A stretch of DNA of 64,000 bases, from contig OZ244052.1 of assembly GCA_965215125.1 (NCBI GenBank), forward strand, positions 608,001 through 672,000, written 5' to 3'. The position numbers were made by a program, and so were the translations under genes. The stretch is from an uncultured candidatus Porisulfidus sp. (GTDB taxonomy: Bacteria > Pseudomonadota > Gammaproteobacteria > Poriferisulfidales > Oxydemutatoraceae). Each line of letters opens with the position of its first letter. The stretch's first letter is position 1. Below, one piece after another: positions 17,622-27,502 of the stretch. Below the pieces are notes generated by a model. The model worked only from the letters and a program-made list of their open reading frames with translations, did not search any database and was not told the DNA's origin.

Positions 17622-20390
17622 ATGGCGGCAAATCCCGAATATTTTGCAAACACGCAAACGGTCGAGTTCGTACTAAACGGACAAACCATAAGTGCTTTTG
17701 AAGGTGAGACGATTTTACAAGCGGCGAAGCGACACGGAATAGACATCCCACATCTGTGTTTTAAGGAGGGCTTGCGTGCCGACGGCAACTGCCGTGCGTG
17801 CATGGTGGAAATAGAAGGCGAGCGGGTGTTGCAACCCTCATGCGTGAGACAACCGACTGCCGATATGAAAGTCACTACCGATAATCCTCGCTCCCTACAC
17901 GCACAACGTATGGTGCTGGAGCTTCTGCAATCCGACATGGTGCAGCAAAGCTATACATTAAATAGCGAATTAGACCGATGGAGCCGTCACTTAGACCTCG
18001 GCTTGCCGCGTTTTGAAAGCCGAGTTAATCCGCCTGCCGATAATTCTCATCCGGCGATTGCAGTCAATCTCGATGCCTGCATACAATGCACCCGTTGCTT
18101 GCGCGCGTGTCGCGAAGAGCAGAACAACGATGTGATCGGTTATGCTCGGCGCGGTGCCGGTTCGGAGATTGTCTTTGACTTGGACGACCCGATGGGGATG
18201 AGTAGCTGCGTGGGCTGTGGAGAATGTGTACAGGCTTGTCCCACCGGTGCGCTCATGCCGTCGCACGAAGTCGGTATGCAAGAACTAGATCGTAAAGTTG
18301 ATTCGGTTTGCCCTTATTGCGGTGTCGGTTGCTTGCTGAGTTTTAATGTTAAGGACGATAAGATTATTTATGTCGAAGGGCGAGACGGGCCTTCCAATCA
18401 TAGCCGCTTATGCGTCAAGGGACGTTACGGCTTTGATTATATACACAATGAAGATCGGCTCACAAAACCTTTGATCCGAGTTGAGGGCACCCCTAAAATC
18501 GCCGAGATAGAATCACTGAGCGACGATGATATCTCACAAATGTTTCGCGAGGCGAGCTGGGACGAGGCTCTGGATTATGCTGCCGAAGGCTTGAAAAAAA
18601 TATACGCCGAAGGTGGTCCTTCGTCGGTTGCCGGCTTCGGGTCGGCTAAAGGCACGAACGAAGAAGCATATTTATTTCAGAAATTGATACGCACCGGTTT
18701 TGCAACCAATAATGTAGACCACTGCACGCGCTTATGCCATGCTTCTTCGGTTGCCGCACTCCTGGAGGGCATAGGTTCCGGCGCAGTCTCCAACCAAGTG
18801 TGCGATGTTAAAGAATCCGAGGTTATCGTCGTTATCGGCGCAAACCCGACCGAAAATCATCCGGTCGCTGCGACCTTTATTAAAAACGCGGCGCGTTCCG
18901 GTAAGTCTTTAATCGTTATGGATCCGCGGGCGGTAGAGCTTTCCAAACATGCCGATTATTATTTGCAGTTCAAACCCGACACCGATGTCGCATTGCTCAA
19001 CGCAATGATGCACTCTATTATCAAACAAGGTTTGGTCGATGAAAAATTCATCGCCGAACGAACCGAAGGCTATAGCGAACTGGAGGCACATCTAAAAGAT
19101 TATTCCCCCGAGGCGATGGCACCTATTTGCGGCATAGATGCAAAAACCATAGACGAAGTCGCAGCTTTGTATGCGGGATCCAAAGCCTCTATCATCTTCT
19201 GGGGCATGGGCATCTCACAGCATATACACGGAACCGACAACGCGCGGTGCCTAATCGCGCTATCGCTGATGACCGGTCAAATCGGTAGACCGGGTACCGG
19301 ATTACACCCGTTGCGCGGACAAAATAATGTGCAGGGTGCTTCGGACGCAGGTTTGATACCGATGGTCTTCCCGGATTATCAACGCGTAGACAACGATGCG
19401 GCAGCGGATCGTTTCGAAAAATTATGGGGTTGCGAACTGGACAAAAAACCCGGCTTGACCGTGGTGGAAATCATGCACGAAGCCGAACGAAAAAAAATTC
19501 GCGGCATGTATATCATGGGGGAAAATCCGGCAATGTCCGACCCGAACCTCAACCATGCCCGCAAGGCACTCGCAACACTCGACCATTTAATCGTGCAGGA
19601 TATTTTTATGACCGAGACCGCGCTGTTTGCCGATGTTATTTTGCCGGCATCGGCTTTCCCCGAAAAAACCGGTACCGTGACCAACACCGACCGTCGCGTG
19701 CAGCTCGGCAGGCAAGCCTTAGACCCCCCCGGCGATGCGCGACTGGATTTATGGATTATACAAGATATCGCACAACGCATAGGTTTGGATTGGCACTACG
19801 AAAAAGTCTCCGATGTGTTTGACGAGATGCGCGAATGTATGGATAGCATCAAAGGTATTAGTTGGGAACGGTTGGAGCAGACAGGTTCGGTCACCTATCC
19901 GTGTAGCGATGCCGAAGACCCAGGACAACCGATTTTATTTAAGGAAAACTTTCCTACCGCAAACGGACTCGGTCGCTTCGTACCGGCGGAGTTCACCCAC
20001 GCAGACGAAATGCCGGATCAACAATATCCTTTTATATTCATCACCGGACGGCAATTGGAGCATTGGCATACCGGAGCGATGACGCGGCGAGCGTCGGTAT
20101 TAGCGGCGATAGAACCCCACCCGGTTGCATCGGTACACCCCGACGATTTGGCCGCCATCGACGCGCAAGCCGGCGACACCATTAGGCTGACTTCCAAACG
20201 CGGCACCGTAGAATGTTTGGCACGTACCGACAGAGGCTTGATACGCGGACAAGTCTTTATGCCGTTTTGCTATAGAGAAGCTGCCGCCAATTTGTTAACC
20301 AACGCAGCTTTGGATCCCTACGGGAAAATACCCGAGTTCAAGTTTTGTGCATTGAAGCTGGAAAAAATAGAGTCATCACCCGCATCGTAA
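17622..20390 (+). CDS. fdhA: Formate dehydrogenase alpha subunit (Mo/W-bisPGD, Cys-ligated)
   Basis: N-terminal Fe-S motifs, CPYCGVGC, NNVDHCTRLCH, PLRGQNNVQG, IPEFK. Confidence 0.93.
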   Translation: MAANPEYFANTQTVEFVLNGQTISAFEGETILQAAKRHGIDIPHLCFKEGLRADGNCRACMVEIEGERVLQPSCVRQPTADMKVTTDNPRSLHAQRMVLELLQSDMVQQSYTLNSELDRWSRHLDLGLPRFESRVNPPADNSHPAIAVNLDACIQCTRCLRACREEQNNDVIGYARRGAGSEIVFDLDDPMGMSSCVGCGECVQACPTGALMPSHEVGMQELDRKVDSVCPYCGVGCLLSFNVKDDKIIYVEGRDGPSNHSRLCVKGRYGFDYIHNEDRLTKPLIRVEGTPKIAEIESLSDDDISQMFREASWDEALDYAAEGLKKIYAEGGPSSVAGFGSAKGTNEEAYLFQKLIRTGFATNNVDHCTRLCHASSVAALLEGIGSGAVSNQVCDVKESEVIVVIGANPTENHPVAATFIKNAARSGKSLIVMDPRAVELSKHADYYLQFKPDTDVALLNAMMHSIIKQGLVDEKFIAERTEGYSELEAHLKDYSPEAMAPICGIDAKTIDEVAALYAGSKASIIFWGMGISQHIHGTDNARCLIALSLMTGQIGRPGTGLHPLRGQNNVQGASDAGLIPMVFPDYQRVDNDAAADRFEKLWGCELDKKPGLTVVEIMHEAERKKIRGMYIMGENPAMSDPNLNHARKALATLDHLIVQDIFMTETALFADVILPASAFPEKTGTVTNTDRRVQLGRQALDPPGDARLDLWIIQDIAQRIGLDWHYEKVSDVFDEMRECMDSIKGISWERLEQTGSVTYPCSDAEDPGQPILFKENFPTANGLGRFVPAEFTHADEMPDQQYPFIFITGRQLEHWHTGAMTRRASVLAAIEPHPVASVHPDDLAAIDAQAGDTIRLTSKRGTVECLARTDRGLIRGQVFMPFCYREAAANLLTNAALDPYGKIPEFKFCALKLEKIESSPAS

Positions 20391-20498
20391 AACAAAACAC
20401 TTGCTCTGTTCAGCATTTCATCTGAGCATAATGATTACTCCTCTATAACATCATTGACGAACGATGCGCCATACCGAAACCCTCTATCACTACGACCG

Positions 20499-21266
20499 AT
20501 GTGCCGACTTGCCGCATATCTAGGCAAAGCCATTCCTTTGCGCAAACTCTTATTAGATCCCGAACATAGCCTTTATGTGCAGTCTTGGCAACCCAAAGAA
20601 TTGCAATACGCCAAGCTCAACGCCGACGGCTTCGGCTTCGGCTGGCATTATCCCGACGGACGTGCAGCCGTCTATAGAAATGCGCTACCTATATGGTCGG
20701 ATGTCAATTTGAACGACTTAGCCGACAGCCTGTACAGCGAACGGTGGTTTGCGATGGTGCGTAGTGCGACTGCAGGTTTTGCTACCGGCGTTGATAATAC
20801 ACAACCTTTTAGACACGACCGCTATCTTTATCTACACAACGGTTATATAAAAAATTTCAATCAGACCATGCGCCGAAAGATCAGCAACGAATTATCCGAT
20901 GAAATCATCGCTACGCTACGCGGATTGAACGACTCGGAATATCTATTCGCATTGTTGCGTCAATTCATTGCCGACCACCCACAGGAAAAGCTCATTCGGA
21001 TTATCAAAAACTTAATTCAATGGTTGACGACACATATAGCAGGCAACGAAGCTTTGCTCAACATGGTTATCAGCGATAGTCAATCTCTGTATGCGCTACG
21101 CTATGCTATTAATCACCAAGCACCCTCTTTGTATTTTCTAAGTGAGACCGATGCACTTTGGATTGCTTCCGAGAAACTGGATAACAGGTCGGCATGGGAA
21201 ACATTTCCCGAAAAGAAATTGATGGTGGTAGACCCCGAGTACGCGATTAGATGGACTGAGTTATGA
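20499..21266 (+). CDS. egtC: EgtC-like class II glutamine amidotransferase
   Basis: MCRLAAYLG Ntn start, NADGFGFGW, VRSAT, NTQPF, HNG, DSE. Confidence 0.8.
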   Translation: MCRLAAYLGKAIPLRKLLLDPEHSLYVQSWQPKELQYAKLNADGFGFGWHYPDGRAAVYRNALPIWSDVNLNDLADSLYSERWFAMVRSATAGFATGVDNTQPFRHDRYLYLHNGYIKNFNQTMRRKISNELSDEIIATLRGLNDSEYLFALLRQFIADHPQEKLIRIIKNLIQWLTTHIAGNEALLNMVISDSQSLYALRYAINHQAPSLYFLSETDALWIASEKLDNRSAWETFPEKKLMVVDPEYAIRWTEL

Positions 21267-22435
21267 GATACGAAGAACTCGTAGCAAAACTTTCGCAACT
21301 ACACGATAAGGTGCAATACCTAACCGCATCTATGGATGACAATGCGTATCGTCAACAATATCATCCCGACTTGAGCCCTCTAGGCTGGCACTACGGACAT
21401 ATAATCTATATAGAGAACTTATGGTTGCGCGATACCGTACTAAACGAGGGCATGCTGAAAGAAAGCGACCACCAACTCTACAACCCACGGAATACCCCCA
21501 AGCATTTGCGAGGCAAAGCCCTGACGCATAACAATACGCTTTTAGAACGAGGGCAACGACAATTCAACAATAATATCGTGTTGCTCGAAAATTTGCCGAC
21601 CCGGGTCGGCAAACATCGCTTGATGAAAGATGCATACTTGCTAAAGTTTATTCTGCAACACCATACGCTACACCTAGAGACGATGAAAATGATTATCACC
21701 CAAAAGCATATTCAAGAGACGACACCGAGCAACAACGGTTGCACTCTCAACGGCGGTAGTCTCAAACACGCCACGCAAGTTAATAAAGAACCTTTGTTAT
21801 TTGAGCGCAAGCGATACCGAATCGGAGGCAAAGACAACTGGTCTTTTGATAACGAATTACCTCATCACTCGGTAAATTTGGATACTTTCGCAATCAATCG
21901 CTCTCCGGTTAGCAACGCCGAATATTTAGGGTTTATCGAAGCCGGCGGCTATCAAGACAAGCGGCACTGGAGTACGGAAGGCTTTTCGTGGCTACAAAAA
22001 TCAAAAGTAAAAGCACCCGACGGTTGGTGCTATCAAAACGGGTGGTTTCAAGCAGACCCCGAGGGTTATCGAAGTCTTGATGCCGATGCTGCAGTCTGTG
22101 GTATTTGTTACTACGAAGCACAGGCTTTTGCGAACTATGCAAACACAAGGCTTCCGCACGAATACGAGCGGGAAGTCTCACACCCACAACTAGAAAAAAA
22201 TACCGATACATGGGAATGGTGTTTGAATAATTTTCACCCGTACTCGGGGTTTAACTCTTTCCCGTATCGCGAATACTCTACACCTTGGTTTGATAAACAC
22301 CATCATGTACTACGCGGCGGCTGCCGCTTCAACGAAGTCAATTTTCATTTGCGGGCGAGCTTTAGGAACTTTTACGAAAAACACAAGCGGCATATTTTCT
22401 CGGGGATTAGGCTCGCTTACGATATCCACCCGTAG
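21263..22435 (+). CDS. egtB: EgtB-like sulfoxide synthase (DinB + FGE-sulfatase domains)
   Basis: Q.HPDLSPLGWHYGH, HHTLHLE, FDNE.P.H, WEWC, FRNFY..HKRHIFSGIRLA. 4-bp overlap with egtC. Confidence 0.78.
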   Translation: MRYEELVAKLSQLHDKVQYLTASMDDNAYRQQYHPDLSPLGWHYGHIIYIENLWLRDTVLNEGMLKESDHQLYNPRNTPKHLRGKALTHNNTLLERGQRQFNNNIVLLENLPTRVGKHRLMKDAYLLKFILQHHTLHLETMKMIITQKHIQETTPSNNGCTLNGGSLKHATQVNKEPLLFERKRYRIGGKDNWSFDNELPHHSVNLDTFAINRSPVSNAEYLGFIEAGGYQDKRHWSTEGFSWLQKSKVKAPDGWCYQNGWFQADPEGYRSLDADAAVCGICYYEAQAFANYANTRLPHEYEREVSHPQLEKNTDTWEWCLNNFHPYSGFNSFPYREYSTPWFDKHHHVLRGGCRFNEVNFHLRASFRNFYEKHKRHIFSGIRLAYDIHP

Positions 22436-22572
22436 ACGTCGATTACTACACTTCATAATGTATGGTCGCCCAGCGCATCAAAGTTCTAAACAACATTGTA
22501 TTGATGAGCCTTCGGCTCAATGGAAAATTCAATAACATTCGCCTACTTTAGGTATTGTTGTACAATAGCGCA

Positions 22573-24249
22573 ATGGCTAAAAACATTAGACCGCACTCTT
22601 CCATAATCGTTGACGGCGACGCGCGTGCCCCCAGTCGCTCGATGTTGCGCGCCGTAGGTTTCAAAGACAAAGATTTTAATAAGCCACAAGTCGGGATTGC
22701 TTCGACATGGGCCGAGGTAACGCCCTGCAATATGCACATTGACCGTCTGGCTCGGCGGGCGGCGAGCGCGGTTGACGATGCCGGCGGCAAAGCTCTGATA
22801 TTCAATACGATTACCGTTTCCGACGGCATTTCCATGGGCACCGAGGGGATGAAATATTCTCTGGTGTCGCGTGAAGTGATTGCCGACTCTATAGAGACGG
22901 TTGTAGGATGCGAAGGTTTTGACGGTCTCATCGCTATCGGCGGCTGCGACAAAAATATGCCGGGTTGCATGATGGCAATCGCTCGTCTAAATCGTCCGGC
23001 GATATTCATATACGGTGGCACAATTCTGCCGGGCATTTTAGGTGAACAGAAGCTAGATATCATCAGTGTATTTGAAAGCGTGGGAAGTAAAGCAAAAGGC
23101 AAAATGAGTGCCAAGCAATTCAAGCAAATTGAATCTTGCGCAATTCCCGGTCCGGGTTCTTGCGGCGGCATGTACACCGCCAACACGATGGCTTCGGCAA
23201 TAGAGGCTCTCGGCATGAGCCGACCCGGCAGTTCGGCACAAAACGCGGTATCACGTGCCAAATCCGAAGATTGTACCGGTGCCGGAAAGTTGTTAATCAA
23301 TTTAATCAAAAAGCAGATACTGCCACGCGATATTATGACCAAAAAAGCTTTTGAAAACGCCATCACAGTCGTCACTGCGTTGGGTGGTTCGACTAATGCA
23401 GTACTACATCTAATTGCGATGGCGCATAGTGCCGGTGTCAAACTAAAACTCGAAGATTTTTCGAGAATAGGACGCAAGGTGCCGGTGCTTGCCGATCTTA
23501 GGCCCAGCGGTCGCTATCGCATGTCCGAATTGATTCGCATCGGTGGTATACGCCCGTTGATGAAACGGCTGCTTGAAAAAGGACTGCTGCACGGCGACTG
23601 TCTGAGCGTCACCGGTAAAACCTTGGAACAAGACCTAAAAGGTACTTCCGACTATCCTAAAAAGCAACAAATTATCCGCGATTGGGACAATCCGATAAAA
23701 GCCGACAGCCACCTCGTGATTCTGCGAGGCAACCTAGCACCTCGTGGTGCGGTCGCCAAAATCACCGGCAAAGAAGGCACGCAATTTGCCGGTACTGCTC
23801 GGGTATTCAATTCCGAAGAGGAGGCATTGCAAAATATTTTGTCGGGAAAAATTAACAAAGGAAATGTTATCGTAATTCGCTACGAAGGTCCGCGCGGAGG
23901 GCCCGGCATGCGAGAAATGCTATCGCCGACTTCCGCGATTATGGGGCAAGGATTAGGGTCCCATGTTGCGTTGATTACCGACGGGCGATTTTCCGGAGGC
24001 AGTCACGGCTTTGTCGTCGGACATATTACCCCCGAAGCGGCGACCGGCGGTCCTTTGGCTATCGTCAAAAACGGCGACTCTATTACCATCGACGCAGTAG
24101 CAAAGACTATAAACCTCAACTTGTCCGAAGCACGGATCAAACAGCGACTAAAACAATGGAAAGCCCCCAAAACCGAACAACGGCGAGGCACACTTGCCAA
24201 ATATGCACGGCTCGTAGCTTCTGCTTCCGAGGGTGCGGTGACCGAATAG
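22573..24249 (+). CDS. ilvD: Dihydroxy-acid dehydratase
   Basis: [48 protein letters not shown]. Confidence 0.97.
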   Translation: MAKNIRPHSSIIVDGDARAPSRSMLRAVGFKDKDFNKPQVGIASTWAEVTPCNMHIDRLARRAASAVDDAGGKALIFNTITVSDGISMGTEGMKYSLVSREVIADSIETVVGCEGFDGLIAIGGCDKNMPGCMMAIARLNRPAIFIYGGTILPGILGEQKLDIISVFESVGSKAKGKMSAKQFKQIESCAIPGPGSCGGMYTANTMASAIEALGMSRPGSSAQNAVSRAKSEDCTGAGKLLINLIKKQILPRDIMTKKAFENAITVVTALGGSTNAVLHLIAMAHSAGVKLKLEDFSRIGRKVPVLADLRPSGRYRMSELIRIGGIRPLMKRLLEKGLLHGDCLSVTGKTLEQDLKGTSDYPKKQQIIRDWDNPIKADSHLVILRGNLAPRGAVAKITGKEGTQFAGTARVFNSEEEALQNILSGKINKGNVIVIRYEGPRGGPGMREMLSPTSAIMGQGLGSHVALITDGRFSGGSHGFVVGHITPEAATGGPLAIVKNGDSITIDAVAKTINLNLSEARIKQRLKQWKAPKTEQRRGTLAKYARLVASASEGAVTE

Positions 24250-24409
24250 AACCACCACTTGCTCCAGTTGGGCAAGTGGTATCACGTTGTGCAGAAACTC
24301 TGCGTAGATATGTAGGTCGGATAGACTATAAAACCACCACTTGCTCCAGTTGGGCAAGTGGTATCAAGCTGTGCAGAAACTTTGTATGGGTATATAGGTC
24401 GGATAAACT
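24247..24409 (+). repeat. Two tandem 82-bp units; variant of structured repeat family A
   Basis: AACCACCACTTGCTCCAGTTGGGCAAGTGGTATCA occurs twice, 82 bp apart. Hairpin ACCACTTGC-N9-GCAAGTGGT followed by TGTGCAGAAACT. Confidence 0.9.
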
Positions 24410-24491
24410 ATGGTTTATCCTTATGAGTGCAAAACGGTGTAGGTTGGCTCCTACGAGTGGTTTGCAGAAATTAATGATTAGATGAATTACG

Positions 24492-24923
24492 ATGCTTGAG
24501 TTTTGGACATCCGGTCCTATTTGGAAAAAGAGCGCATATAACACCTGGTGGTGTTTGGTCGGCTGCGCAACCGGTGATTTAGGCACGATTGCATATTTCC
24601 AGATTGCCGGTATTCGGTGGCCTACACTGTCTATTATGTTGCTCGCAATGGTCAATGGTTTGATTAGTAGCATTTTATTAGAGACTTTTATTTTGATTAA
24701 ACGACAACACTTCCCGTTTGTAACCGCATTGCGGACGGCACTGGGGATGAGTTTTATTGCCATGTTGGCAATGGAGATAGCGATGAATACCACCGATTTT
24801 ATTATCACCGGAGATGCAAGGCTGACGCTTGCGGCAATATTGCCTATATTGGTGGCAGGCTTTGTCACACCATGGCCGTATAACTATTGGCGGTTGAAAA
24901 AATTAGGGCTTAGTTGTCATTGA
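24492..24923 (+). CDS. DUF4396-like membrane protein
   Basis: NT.WCL.GC..GD, LET, A.GMS.I.M.AME, AGF..PWPYNYWRL. Confidence 0.7.
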   Translation: MLEFWTSGPIWKKSAYNTWWCLVGCATGDLGTIAYFQIAGIRWPTLSIMLLAMVNGLISSILLETFILIKRQHFPFVTALRTALGMSFIAMLAMEIAMNTTDFIITGDARLTLAAILPILVAGFVTPWPYNYWRLKKLGLSCH

Positions 24924-25014
24924 CTAATCGTTTATAATAGCCTACTTAAACAAAACCCGATATTCGTGAACTAACGAAAATGATTAATCCCACTTCAATT
25001 TTAAGGAGTTTAAT

Positions 25015-25647
25015 ATGCCATTAACACAAGAAGAGCTAAAGGCTCTGATGGAACAAAAAAACATCATGCGGCGCAAAGCATACGACGCAAGAGCAGCGCA
25101 AGAAAACAAAGATGAAATTAGCGAAAGCATCTGCGAAAAATTCATTGCTTTGCCGGAATACCAAAATGCGAAAACCGTAATGTGGTATATAGATTGCCGT
25201 TCCGAGACGCGCACTAAAAAACATCTGCAACTAGAAATCGATAAACAAGACAAGAAAATTATCGTCCCCTACTGCACGGTGGACGAGAAAGGCGACAATA
25301 AGTTGGGACTTTGGCATTTGAGCAATTTCGACGAGTTGATCGTCGGTAAATGGAACATCTTGGAACCACCACGCGAATTATGGGGTAACCCCGACAAAGA
25401 GGTAGAACCCGAAGAACTTGATATCGTTATGGTGCCCGGTGTCGGTTTTGACCGCAACGGCGGGCGCATGGGCAACGGTCAAGGATACTATGACCGCCTG
25501 TTGGAAAGGGCACGCAAAGATTGTCCGCTGATAGCTATCTGTTACGAATCACAGTTATTCGAAGAAATACTGGTAGGACCGCACGATATATTCATGGATA
25601 AAGTCATTACCGAAAAAGACATCTACGAGGGCCGAGGAAGGGACTAA
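25015..25647 (+). CDS. 5-formyltetrahydrofolate cyclo-ligase
   Basis: K...R, Y....SE, ILEP, D.VMVPGVGFDRNGGRMGNGQGYYDR, PHDIFMD.VITE. Confidence 0.9.
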   Translation: MPLTQEELKALMEQKNIMRRKAYDARAAQENKDEISESICEKFIALPEYQNAKTVMWYIDCRSETRTKKHLQLEIDKQDKKIIVPYCTVDEKGDNKLGLWHLSNFDELIVGKWNILEPPRELWGNPDKEVEPEELDIVMVPGVGFDRNGGRMGNGQGYYDRLLERARKDCPLIAICYESQLFEEILVGPHDIFMDKVITEKDIYEGRGRD

Positions 25648-26570
25648 TGACCGCCAAAATAGACGATACTTATGCAGAAGCCTTTAAGAGTCTCTATGTA
25701 GAGTTTTTAATCACTGCCCGAGATCGCAAATGGTTAGACCATGCGATTAACGCCTGCACCGGTAATGCGTCTAGTTCTATACTCTGCGATTGCGAAGCCG
25801 GCATGGATCGTTATGTAGGCCCGGGCGGCGACGAGCGTGCGCAAACCCCGGACGGACGTCCGGGCGCGATCATCCAACTACATGTACCGCGCTTTTGGAA
25901 GGATCGTGTCGCACGGCTTGAACGAGCGGCGTTGGTGCGTATCAGTCAGAATGTCTTGACTTGCCCGACCGCCTCTTGCTTCAATACGCTGGAGGATAGC
26001 GAGAACTATTATCAGATAGGACGCAAAGTTGCTTATTTCGGCAACGGTTATCAAAAACGTATAGAACGTTTCGGGCGGAAGATGTGGTGGATACCGATAC
26101 TCGGCGGAGAATTTATATTAGATCGCCGTCTCGGCTATAGCGAAGGTTTGATGGGCGGAAATTTATGGTTCTTCGGCAAAGATACGGATTCGGCACTTGA
26201 CGCCGCCGAAAAAGGTGTTGCGGCGATTGCCCCGATGCCCGAGGTCGTCACGACTTTTCCCGGCGGCATTGCCGGAAGTGGATCTAAGGCAGGTAGCCGC
26301 TACGATTTTACGATTGCCAGTACTTACGAAAAATTCTGTCCGATGCTTCAACAAAACCCTGATGTGGAACGCGGGCTACCCGAGGGTGTTGCCTCGGTGA
26401 TGGAGATTATTATGAACGGTCGGAATATAGAAGCCATCATCAATGCCACCCAAGCGGCGATATCGGCATCCAAAGATACCGAGGGTCTAATCATGATTTC
26501 GGCAGGTAACTATGGCGGCAAGCTAGGCAAGAGCCTAATCTACCTACACCCCGACAAGCAACCGACTTAA
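25647..26570 (+). CDS. ftr: Formylmethanofuran:tetrahydromethanopterin formyltransferase (Ftr/FhcD)-like protein
   Basis: IDDTYAEAF, CDCEAG, TPDGRPG, QNVLTCPT, FPGGI..SGSK.GSRY, ISAGNYGGKLG. Confidence 0.88.
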   Translation: MTAKIDDTYAEAFKSLYVEFLITARDRKWLDHAINACTGNASSSILCDCEAGMDRYVGPGGDERAQTPDGRPGAIIQLHVPRFWKDRVARLERAALVRISQNVLTCPTASCFNTLEDSENYYQIGRKVAYFGNGYQKRIERFGRKMWWIPILGGEFILDRRLGYSEGLMGGNLWFFGKDTDSALDAAEKGVAAIAPMPEVVTTFPGGIAGSGSKAGSRYDFTIASTYEKFCPMLQQNPDVERGLPEGVASVMEIIMNGRNIEAIINATQAAISASKDTEGLIMISAGNYGGKLGKSLIYLHPDKQPT

Positions 26571-26593
26571 GCAAGTTCACCGAGACTACCATT

Positions 26594-27481
26594 ATGCAAC
26601 AGGCGATTATTATGGACGGACAAAGTCTGTCACAAAAGATCGCCCAGGATTGTGCGGAACAATTAGCCGAATTAAACTATCCCGAGATTGTTTTAGCCAC
26701 CGTACTAATCGGTGATTATGCACCGAGTCGCCTTTATGTGAACTTGAAGATGCGGCTCGCTAAAAAAGCGGGGTTGATACCGCGTTTGGTTGAATTATCC
26801 GCCGATGTAAGCAACGACCAAGTCGAAGATACATTACTGAATCTTGCCAACGATAATCAGGTACACGGTATCCTCTTGCAATTGCCTCTGCCCGAACACT
26901 TAGACACCGACCGCCTGTTAGAGATGATTCCACCGGAAAAGGATGTAGACGGCTTGACCATACAAAGTATGGGACGTCTAATCAAAGACGAGGTCGGCAT
27001 GGTGCCTTGTACGCCGTTGGGTGTCATGCGGTTCATAAAAGAATACAACATTACAACCGAAGGGCGCACCGCCGTTGTAATAGGACGATCGTATCTAGTC
27101 GGCATACCGCAAATGCTACTATTATCCAAGCACGGTATCGATGCGAGCGTAACGCTGTGCCATTCTAAAACCGAGGCTATAGAGGATATTTGCCTTAATG
27201 CCGATATTATCGTCGCTGCTGCCGGCATCAACGGACTAATCGGCAAATCCGCCGTCAAACCGGGGGCTGCGGTTTTTGATGTAGGTATCACTTCGGTAGA
27301 CGGAAAAATCATAGGCGATGTCATTTTTGACGAAGTCAAAGAAGTTGCCGGAGCGATTACACCTATGCCGGGTGGCACCGGCCCGATGACGGTTGCCAGC
27401 CTCATTGAAAATACAATCAAAGCGGCACGAATGCAGGGCGTGATAGAGGACAACTCGCTAGACCAAGTAAACGAACCCTAA
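26594..27481 (+). CDS. folD: Bifunctional methylene-THF dehydrogenase/methenyl-THF cyclohydrolase
   Basis: YV..K, GILLQLPLP, KDVDG, PCTPLG, VIGRS, TLCHSKT, TPMPGGTGPMTVA. Confidence 0.93.
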   Translation: MQQAIIMDGQSLSQKIAQDCAEQLAELNYPEIVLATVLIGDYAPSRLYVNLKMRLAKKAGLIPRLVELSADVSNDQVEDTLLNLANDNQVHGILLQLPLPEHLDTDRLLEMIPPEKDVDGLTIQSMGRLIKDEVGMVPCTPLGVMRFIKEYNITTEGRTAVVIGRSYLVGIPQMLLLSKHGIDASVTLCHSKTEAIEDICLNADIIVAAAGINGLIGKSAVKPGAAVFDVGITSVDGKIIGDVIFDEVKEVAGAITPMPGGTGPMTVASLIENTIKAARMQGVIEDNSLDQVNEP

Positions 27482-27502
27482 TTAGGTGTACTAACCTTAA
27501 AT

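Noticed and set aside
17622-20390. Selenocysteine-containing FDH
   Set aside because: The active-site residue is Cys (TRLCH) and there is no in-frame TGA.
22548-23477. 309-aa ORF antisense to ilvD (and similar shadows over folD, ligA, smc, fdh)
   Set aside because: Fully overlaps conserved genes and has no recognisable motifs.
24247-24409. Possible mini CRISPR array (palindromic 35-bp repeat twice)
   Set aside because: Only two units, the 'spacers' are homologous to each other, there are no cas genes, and it belongs to repeat family A.
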